DNA of 64,000 nt, taken from NCBI GenBank assembly GCA_018062205.1, contig JAGOSP010000003.1, forward strand, positions 17,220 through 81,219, written 5' to 3'. Shown piece by piece: positions 57,513-64,000 of the stretch. Each line of letters begins with the position of its first letter. Positions within the stretch are counted from its first letter, which is position 1. A program made the translations under genes and the position numbers. Under the pieces are notes generated by a model, which searched no databases, had not been told where the DNA came from, and saw nothing but the letters and a program-made list of their open reading frames with translations. This DNA comes from Candidatus Moraniibacteriota bacterium. GTDB taxonomy: Bacteria; Patescibacteriota; Minisyncoccia; Moranbacterales; UBA1568.

Positions 57513-57731
57513 CTAGGACTCTTCCACGAGAAGGAAGGTGTTCCCTTCGAAAATGACTTGTGTGATGACGGTGCCGTCTCCACGATCTTCTGTCCCTTGT
57601 ACTTCAAACAAACCAGCATTTTTGCCAGCGGAGAATTCTTCCGGATACAGGAGATAAGCCTCCTTTTTTCCGAATTCAGTGACCCTCACTCGGAGAGCCT
57701 GTCGCACTTCCTCTGGTGTCATCCTAAACAT
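57513..57731 (-). CDS. hypothetical small protein
   Basis: 72-aa ORF convergent with 57100-57468; no motif recognised. Confidence 0.25.
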   Translation of the reverse strand: MFRMTPEEVRQALRVRVTEFGKKEAYLLYPEEFSAGKNAGLFEVQGTEDRGDGTVITQVIFEGNTFLLVEES

Positions 57732-57818
57732 CCTCCTTGTTGATTTGTTATTCTATTATAACATATTTATATTTATTTGTAAATAGCTCACTTTACTCGC
57801 CTTTTAAATGGACTTTGT

Positions 57819-58670
57819 ATGCCAGAGTTGCCAGAGGTGCAAACCGTCGTAACGCAATTGGGACAGAAATTGGTAGGGAAAACCTTTGCTGGTTTTTGGA
57901 GTGATTGGGATCGGAAAACACTACCTTCTTCCGCGGCCATCCTCTGTGGAATACAAGGGGCGGTCGTTTGTGGGGCACGACGAATGGGCAAACATATCGT
58001 CATTGATTTAAGCAATGAACGCTCGCTCGTGATTCATCTCAAAATGACCGGGCATCTGCTCTACAAAACAGACGAGAATCGCATGAGCTATGCTTTTACC
58101 AAAGATCGATACAATGGATATATCCATCATATTTTTACCTTTTCCGATACATCGACGCTTGAGTTTTCAGATATGCGAAAGTTTGGCTGGGTGATGCTCG
58201 TGGAGACGGATCAGGTGGAGCGACTTCCAAGTATCTCTCTTTTGGGTATAGATGCTCTGTCTCTCAAATTCACCCCAGATTTTTTTGCAAAACTTCTGTT
58301 ACAGAGAGGGCAGCGGGTTATTGGAGAAATACTTCTTGATCAATCACTTATCGCAGGTATTGGGAATATTTATCGGAGCGAGGCACTTTTTCTTTCGGGC
58401 GTGCAACCGAGGCGTCGGGGTGAAACAGTGACTCAAGAAGAACAAGAGAGGCTCGTGAAATCAATTCGCCACGTTTTGAGACAAGCCTCTCGTCTGGGTG
58501 GTATGTCGGATGGGGATTTTCGTGATACAGATGGTTTACCAGGGCGATTTGAGAAAAATCTTTTCGTGTATGGTCAAGTCGGTAAAGGATGTAAGAAATG
58601 TGATACAATCATACAGAGAATCAAAATCGGACAGAGAAGTGCGTTTTTTTGTCCGCAGTGTCAGATATAA
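57819..58670 (+). CDS. fpg: formamidopyrimidine-DNA glycosylase
   Basis: N-terminal MPELPEV catalytic Pro2/Glu3, H2TH region, C-terminal zinc finger CKKC...CPQC. Confidence 0.88.
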   Translation: MPELPEVQTVVTQLGQKLVGKTFAGFWSDWDRKTLPSSAAILCGIQGAVVCGARRMGKHIVIDLSNERSLVIHLKMTGHLLYKTDENRMSYAFTKDRYNGYIHHIFTFSDTSTLEFSDMRKFGWVMLVETDQVERLPSISLLGIDALSLKFTPDFFAKLLLQRGQRVIGEILLDQSLIAGIGNIYRSEALFLSGVQPRRRGETVTQEEQERLVKSIRHVLRQASRLGGMSDGDFRDTDGLPGRFEKNLFVYGQVGKGCKKCDTIIQRIKIGQRSAFFCPQCQI

Positions 58671-58709
58671 TACAACGAAGGGGAAATAAGATGTAATAAA
58701 GTTGAGGTT

Positions 58710-59885
58710 ATGCAAACAAGACAGAAAATAGTTATCGCATTGATGGCGTTCGCTTTGGTGGGTTTGGGGGGGTATTTTTTCAGTCAAAATAGCGAGAAGC
58801 GTCAGCCAATCCAGCTTGATAACGATATGAAATCAGTGACCCCTGCGGAAACAGCGGGCCCGCTGAATCAAGGAGATGTGAGTCCGATATCAGGTGTGGC
58901 ATGTGAACACTGGGATCGTCGTCCGGTTGCTGTGATGCAGCCAGCTGACGCTTCAGCGCGTCCAGCAGCAGGATTTTCTTCAGCGGATATCGTTTTTGAA
59001 ATGCCCGTATTTACAAATTCAAATACTCGTCTTATGGGAATATATCTTTGTGATATCCCAAATGATATTGGATCGATGCGGAGCGCCCGACACGATTATC
59101 TTCCTCTAGCGAAGAGTTTTGACGCGGTCTTTGTGCATTGGGGGTATTCGAAATTTGCTGAAACACTTCTTTCTCAGAAAGTTATTGATAATATCAATTG
59201 CCTCACCACTTCTTTTTGCCCACGTTGGACGCAGACAGGAAAGATGAAATATGAAGATACTGGGCATATCACCCGAGAAGGTATTGAGCAAGCAATGGAC
59301 AAATATGGATATCGGAAAACAGGAAATTTTTCTGGCTATCCACATCAGGCTGAGGCGGCTTTAGATGATCGGCCGCAGGGTGGGCATCTTCGAATTGCTT
59401 TTCCAACTCCGTATGATGTGTCGTATGACTATGATCGAAAGAGTAATACGTATCTTCGTACCTGGGATGATGCTCCTGATACCGATAAAAATAATCAAAC
59501 GCGTGTTGCTCCGAAGAATGTTGTCGTAGCAATAGCGGAATCAGAACAAATCAAGCTGTCAACTAATTATGTGGCACGCGGGGTACAAAATCCATGGGAA
59601 TTGGTGCCAGAAGAGGATCGACAGGGACTCGATTATGGGGGAGTAGGACGCTATAATAATATTGAGATGGGTGATCCATGGTTTGATACCAAAGATACCG
59701 GCGATGCATTTTTCTACATGAACGGAAAAGAGACAAAGGGTATTTGGAAAAAAGATAAGAGCAAGCTTGAAAGTAAGTTGACTTTTTATCAGGCCGATGG
59801 AAGCGAAGTTCAGTTTGTTCCTGGACAGATCTGGGTAGATATCGTTGAGCCTGGGTATGGGATCAAATGGGAACCAGCTAGCTAG
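58710..59885 (+). CDS. DUF3048-domain protein (YerB-like secreted/lipoprotein)
   Basis: N-terminal TM/signal anchor; RPVAVMQPADASARPAAGFSSADIVFEMPV is characteristic of DUF3048 N-domains. Confidence 0.55.
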   Translation: MQTRQKIVIALMAFALVGLGGYFFSQNSEKRQPIQLDNDMKSVTPAETAGPLNQGDVSPISGVACEHWDRRPVAVMQPADASARPAAGFSSADIVFEMPVFTNSNTRLMGIYLCDIPNDIGSMRSARHDYLPLAKSFDAVFVHWGYSKFAETLLSQKVIDNINCLTTSFCPRWTQTGKMKYEDTGHITREGIEQAMDKYGYRKTGNFSGYPHQAEAALDDRPQGGHLRIAFPTPYDVSYDYDRKSNTYLRTWDDAPDTDKNNQTRVAPKNVVVAIAESEQIKLSTNYVARGVQNPWELVPEEDRQGLDYGGVGRYNNIEMGDPWFDTKDTGDAFFYMNGKETKGIWKKDKSKLESKLTFYQADGSEVQFVPGQIWVDIVEPGYGIKWEPAS

Positions 59886-60063
59886 GGCGTATCGTAAACT
59901 TCTTGTTTTTCTTCGTGAAAGCACATCAATAGCTTTTCTTGGCGGCAAAGTCTGAGGTCGACTGGCGTTAGAAAAAGTAAGTAGATGTGCTTTTCGTTTT
60001 CAGAGGAAGATCGGCTTTGGCGGAAGAGGCAAGAAAACATGGTTCTTGGTATACTAGATTCGC

Positions 60064-61056
60064 TTGAGAGAACATAAAATACGTATGCTGTATTTCCTAC
60101 ACGGTGAAGATGAGGTGCGCGTCGGTGATCGGCGACGGGAACTCATGGATGGTTTTCGGAAAAAGTATCCAACGGGTGAGATACAAATTTTTGATTTTGA
60201 GGATACGGGAACTCCGGAGGCAATTCGCTTTGCTTGTTCGGCCTGTGATCAGGGCTTGTTTGCAACGCCAAAATTAGTTGTCTGGCTTCATCCATTCGTG
60301 CTCAAAGAAGGAGAAGAGGCATTGAAGAAGTTTTTGGCACGTTTTGTAAAGGAGCCGCCCGTTGATATTTCTCTCCTCCTTATTGCTCCAGGAAAGATAA
60401 AGAAAACACATCCAATAGCCACGTTCCTTCTCAAAAAGTCTGATCGGATTGAGGGAATCGATCTCCTTTCGGGTATGCAATTAGAACGGTATGTTGTTTC
60501 ATTGCTCAGAGATTTTGAAAAAAATCTTTCTATAAATCACTCGGCATTGAGAACGCTTTTGAAGGCAGTAGGAAGTGATATGCTCCTCTTAAAGCAGGAG
60601 GTCGCTCGACTGGCAACGTATCGTGGTACTGGAATGATTACGAACGAGGATGTGACACTTTTTCTTCGTCCAAGCGTGGAGACGAGTGTATTTCAAGCAT
60701 TGGACGCGATGTCTCGGGGCGAGAAGGAGAAAGCCTTACTTCTTTTTGCACAAGAACAAGCTGGCACATCAAAACAAGACGCCGTGTACGGACTTCTTTC
60801 GATGTGTGCCTGGCAACTTCGTCGACTAATTCAGATTCGTGAGGTTTTCGATCGAGGTATTCGTGATAGTGCTGGTATCGCCCGTGAGACAAAGTTACCA
60901 TCGTTTGCCATACAAAATACCCTCCGTTCTTTGGGAAATCTGCCACTCTCTCGACTAACAGCCGGACTCATTCTGTTGGCCGACATGGACGCAGCTTTGA
61001 AAATCGGGACACTTGATCCTGGCGTTGCGCTGGATACGTTTGTGTGGAAATTTTAG
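60064..61056 (+). CDS. holA: DNA polymerase III delta subunit
   Basis: 330 aa; N-terminal LYFLHGEDEV, general delta-subunit layout (LLKQEVARLATY, helical C-terminus). The true start may be Met at 60088. Confidence 0.6.
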   Translation: MREHKIRMLYFLHGEDEVRVGDRRRELMDGFRKKYPTGEIQIFDFEDTGTPEAIRFACSACDQGLFATPKLVVWLHPFVLKEGEEALKKFLARFVKEPPVDISLLLIAPGKIKKTHPIATFLLKKSDRIEGIDLLSGMQLERYVVSLLRDFEKNLSINHSALRTLLKAVGSDMLLLKQEVARLATYRGTGMITNEDVTLFLRPSVETSVFQALDAMSRGEKEKALLLFAQEQAGTSKQDAVYGLLSMCAWQLRRLIQIREVFDRGIRDSAGIARETKLPSFAIQNTLRSLGNLPLSRLTAGLILLADMDAALKIGTLDPGVALDTFVWKF

Positions 61057-61077
61057 TGGAGACTTCTCGTTTGTCTC

Positions 61078-61118
61078 AAAAAAAAACTCTCCCAATGGGA
61101 TGTCGGGAGAGTTTTTGT
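61078..61118. terminator. bidirectional rho-independent terminator between holA (+) and rpsT (-)
   Basis: AAAAAAAA-CTCTCCC-AATGGGATGTC-GGGAGAG-TTTTTG. Confidence 0.65.
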
Positions 61119-61140
61119 TATTGAGCAGAGCGATGAAATC

Positions 61141-61527
61141 TTAGGCCGAAACCTTCGCTACCTTCTTAGGAGCAGTTTTCTTTTTCGGGGCCGCTTCCTT
61201 TTTCACAGCTACCTTCTTAGGGGCAACTTTCTTGCCAGTGGTTTTCTTTGGTTCATCTTTACTCAAGAAGGCTTTTTTCACAAAAGCGTTGAGACGAGAT
61301 TTCTTATTAGCCGCAGTATTCTTCTTGATGATATTTTTTTCAGCTGCTTTATCGAGAGCTTTCTGTGCTTCTTTGTAGAATTTTTGTGCGTCATCAAATT
61401 TTCCGGTTGCAACGGCTTCGCGTGTTTTTTTGATGGCGCTTTTCACAACACCCTTCACGATTTTATTCTTTTCGGTTTTGCGAGCGGTGACTCGCATATA
61501 TTTGATAGCGTTCTTCTTGATTGGCAT
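61141..61527 (-). CDS. rpsT: 30S ribosomal protein S20 with lysine/alanine/proline-rich C-terminal extension
   Basis: N-terminal S20 fold (AIKYMRVTARKTEKNKIVKGVVKSAIKK...) plus a ~45-aa tail KKTTGKKVAPKKVAVKKEAAPKKKTAPKKVAKVSA. Confidence 0.8.
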   Translation of the reverse strand: MPIKKNAIKYMRVTARKTEKNKIVKGVVKSAIKKTREAVATGKFDDAQKFYKEAQKALDKAAEKNIIKKNTAANKKSRLNAFVKKAFLSKDEPKKTTGKKVAPKKVAVKKEAAPKKKTAPKKVAKVSA

Positions 61528-61738
61528 AGTGATGCACGTTATGATTGTTGCTGAGACAGGTCAGAGAGAGCCTTATTTACAGCCTGATTAATATGTTTAC
61601 TAACAAACCTGGAATTTGAGACAGATTATTTCTAACAGAAAAATGATTTTTTGACAAGGGTTTTTCAAATTTGACAACGTGCCAAGCGAGAATAAAACAG
61701 GTACTATAGAGAAAATGGCTATTTGATAAAAGGACGTT

Positions 61739-62311
61739 ATGATAGGACTTTTAGAAGGAGAGTTGCGAGGAATGAAAAATGGAACAGCTCTTATTGTCTG
61801 TGGAGGAGTGGGCTATAAGGTGGCGGTGTCCGCCTATACACTTGGGAAGATTGCCGGGGCAGAGTCAGTACTTCTTTATATTCATACGCATGTGCGAGAG
61901 GACCAGCTCACGCTCTATGGTTTTCTTAATGATGATGAACTTGAGATGTTTGAGCTGCTCATTTCTATTTCTGGTATTGGGCCGAAGGTGGCTCTGGGGA
62001 TTCTTTCGATTGCCGATCCAAACACGATTCGTACTGCTATTGTACACAAAGACGCTTCCCTTCTGACGCGTGTTTCAGGAGTTGGAAAGAAAACAGCCGA
62101 GCGAGTGATTGTTGAGCTCCAGAATAAAGTGAAAGAAACTGAGTTGCATGGTACTGCGCAAGCACTGGCTGATCAGGATGCACTTGAGGCATTGGTTGCT
62201 ATGGGGTATTCGGTTACTGACGCACGAGAAGCACTTAAGCTCGTAGCACCCGATATCAAAGACGTCGGTGCTCGTATCACACAGGCATTAAAAAAACTTG
62301 GAAAGAAATAA
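61739..62311 (+). CDS. ruvA: Holliday junction DNA helicase RuvA
   Basis: MIGLLEGEL...GVGYKV (OB domain), HhH motifs (ISGIGPKVALGIL, VSGVGKKTAERVI), C-terminal domain III. Confidence 0.88.
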   Translation: MIGLLEGELRGMKNGTALIVCGGVGYKVAVSAYTLGKIAGAESVLLYIHTHVREDQLTLYGFLNDDELEMFELLISISGIGPKVALGILSIADPNTIRTAIVHKDASLLTRVSGVGKKTAERVIVELQNKVKETELHGTAQALADQDALEALVAMGYSVTDAREALKLVAPDIKDVGARITQALKKLGKK

Positions 62312-62320
62312 TTATTTCGT

Positions 62321-63304
62321 ATGAGTAGTTTTCTTCAATCAAAAGAATGGGCGCGTTTTCAGGAAATGAGCGGGCATGAAGTAGTGCAGCTCAAAGATGG
62401 GATGCATGGTTTTGTTCATGTTCTTCCGATGGTGGGCGCTTATGTATACACGCCAAGATTCCCTGAGGAGAAAACTTCAGATCAAGAGATTTTCTTTAGA
62501 GACCTCTTTTTGCAGGCAAAGAACAAAAAATGCGGATGGGTACGTATCGAACCGGAGACCGTCGCTGTTTTGCAAGCATGGGAGCGTATATGCTCTGAAC
62601 AAGGAAATGAAAAATTGCGGCTGATAAAATCACCGAACGATATGCAACCACGAGAGAATCTTGTGATTGATGTTTCGAAGCCAGAGGAGACGCTTCTTTT
62701 CGAAATGAAAGCAAAAACACGTTACAATATGCGCCTTGCTGCGAAGAAGGAAGTAAGAGTTTTTGTGACACGCGAGAAAAAATATCAAGAGATTTTTTTT
62801 CAACTCATCGAAGCAACAGCAAAACGACAGCATATTCTTCCTCATCCAAAATCGTATTATCAGAGCATGTTCACTGTTTTTTCAGAAGAACAACTGTTAT
62901 TGTTTGTTGCTGAATATAAGGGAGAGGTACTTGCGGCCAATCTAGTCCTCTTTTCGGGAGATACGGCCACCTATTTGCATGGGGGGACGAATGATATCCA
63001 TCGTGAAGTAATGGCACCAATACTCCTTCAGTGGGAGCAGATACGAGCGGCGAAGCGTCGTAGTTGTCGATGGTATGATTTTGGCGGCGTAAGCACTGCT
63101 TCTTTAGCAAAAAAACAAGAATTGGTGATGAGTGCCTGGGAAGGAATTACCCGTTTTAAGAGAGGATTTTCTCCAGGGACGGCACCGGTGGTGTTTCCGG
63201 GATGCTATGATATCGTTGTTGATTGGAGTCGCTATGGGCTTTACTTGCGACTTCGTTTTTTGCAGAAAAGTCTTTCGGTGATGAGGAAATTTTTGAGAAG
63301 ATAA
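62321..63304 (+). CDS. FemAB/MurM-family peptidyltransferase (peptidoglycan interpeptide-bridge formation)
   Basis: FLQSKEWARFQE N-terminus and overall two-GNAT-lobe size (327 aa) typical of the FemX/FemAB family; adjacent to murE. Confidence 0.55.
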   Translation: MSSFLQSKEWARFQEMSGHEVVQLKDGMHGFVHVLPMVGAYVYTPRFPEEKTSDQEIFFRDLFLQAKNKKCGWVRIEPETVAVLQAWERICSEQGNEKLRLIKSPNDMQPRENLVIDVSKPEETLLFEMKAKTRYNMRLAAKKEVRVFVTREKKYQEIFFQLIEATAKRQHILPHPKSYYQSMFTVFSEEQLLLFVAEYKGEVLAANLVLFSGDTATYLHGGTNDIHREVMAPILLQWEQIRAAKRRSCRWYDFGGVSTASLAKKQELVMSAWEGITRFKRGFSPGTAPVVFPGCYDIVVDWSRYGLYLRLRFLQKSLSVMRKFLRR

Positions 63305-63310
63305 AAAAAT

Positions 63311-64000
63311 ATGTTGCATGCTTGTTCACGGTTTGTGCCGCAGTCTTTAAAGAATATTTTGTATCATTTCCCATTGGCTGTTTTTGCAGCGGTGTATTTT
63401 GGTTTTCCGGCGAGGCAGCTAAAGGTAATTGGTATTACCGGAACGAATGGCAAAACAACAACAACACAATTTATTACAAGAATTCTTCAAAAAGCAGGAA
63501 AGAAAGTCGCTATGACCTCGACTATTAACTTTGAAATTGGTGATCGAAAGTGGACAAATGTATCCAAATTCACAACACTTTCATCGTGGAAATTACAGAA
63601 ATTTTTGCGCGAAGCGGTGCGTTCTGGTTGTGAGTATGCTGTTCTCGAAACATCATCACATGCGCTTGATCAGTATCGGGTTTGGGGCATTAGCTATGAA
63701 ATTGTGGTCATGACGAACGTAACGCATGAGCATCTGGATTATCATTTGACCATGAAAGAATATCGACGAGCCAAAAAACGTCTTTTTAAGAATGCTCAGA
63801 TGGCGGTTGTTAATCTTGATATGGAAAATCCGAAGGAATATCTGAATGCAAAATCGTTTACAAGGTCTCTCTCATATAGCACTAAAAAAAGAGTGGCAGA
63901 TATGTACACGGAAGAGCTTGTCCTTGATACCTTAGAGACTTCGTTTCTGGTGCAAGGGAGAATGTTTCATATACATTTGCCGGGTCGGTATAACGTTGAA
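63311..64000 (+). CDS. murE: UDP-N-acetylmuramoyl-tripeptide ligase MurE, N-terminal part (runs off window end)
   Basis: Mur-ligase ATP-binding GITGTNGKTTT, then VLETSSHALDQ and VMTNVTHEHLDYH motifs; open to the window end. Confidence 0.8.
   Translation, partial: MLHACSRFVPQSLKNILYHFPLAVFAAVYFGFPARQLKVIGITGTNGKTTTTQFITRILQKAGKKVAMTSTINFEIGDRKWTNVSKFTTLSSWKLQKFLREAVRSGCEYAVLETSSHALDQYRVWGISYEIVVMTNVTHEHLDYHLTMKEYRRAKKRLFKNAQMAVVNLDMENPKEYLNAKSFTRSLSYSTKKRVADMYTEELVLDTLETSFLVQGRMFHIHLPGRYNVE

Noticed and set aside
1-64000. Transposases, integrases, phage structural genes, restriction-modification or CRISPR-Cas loci
   Set aside because: Looked for DDE/serine/tyrosine-recombinase motifs and large inverted repeats; none recognised in any frame of this window.

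Overview
This window reads as an origin-proximal stretch of a low-GC (~40%), small-genome bacterial chromosome; the gene content and tRNA organisation fit Patescibacteria/CPR or a reduced Gram-positive-like lineage. The classic rpmH-rnpA-yidC-jag || dnaA-oriC-dnaN arrangement sits at ~33.9-37.2 kb, and DnaA boxes are visible both upstream of dnaA and in the dnaA-dnaN spacer. Housekeeping genes identified by motif:
- replication/repair: gyrA (partial), dnaA, dnaN, polA, holA, ruvC, ruvB, ruvA, fpg, udg (family 4)
- translation/RNA: rpsA, rplS, rpsT, rpmH, rnpA, rbfA, tilS, tsaE, rluD-like, nrnA, yebC
- cell envelope/division: ftsH, yidC, jag/khpB, PBP1A, FemAB-like, murE (partial)
- nucleotide/redox: gmk, nrdAB (class I), peroxiredoxin, Fe/Mn SOD
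- ten tRNA genes: one on the + strand at 7.7 kb, two on the + strand at 11.4-11.7 kb, and seven on the - strand at 14.8-17.2 kb
Accessory content includes a surface-polysaccharide cluster (two O-antigen-ligase-like proteins, two GT2 enzymes, a flippase) and several secreted or membrane proteins of unknown function.
The three most unusual observations are:
(1) A ~0.9-kb non-coding array of 16 copies of the 14-16-bp palindrome TGTTCCACGTGGAACA. This is a near-canonical parS (ParB-binding centromere) sequence. The sites are spaced 54-64 bp apart with unique intervening sequence, and a 362-bp stretch of the array is duplicated with perfect identity.
(2) A four-gene minus-strand operon made of a 7TM membrane protein, an ATP-grasp ligase fused to a retropepsin-like (DUF785-type) protease, a RimK-like ATP-grasp and a third ATP-grasp. 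This matches a predicted but uncharacterised peptide-ligase (poly-amino-acid tagging) system.
(3) A 1019-aa single-chain protein containing two complete GspE/PilB type IV pilus ATPase modules in tandem.
No transposase, integrase or CRISPR array was found. All calls are made by eye from the sequence and the supplied ORF track; nothing was run against a database.
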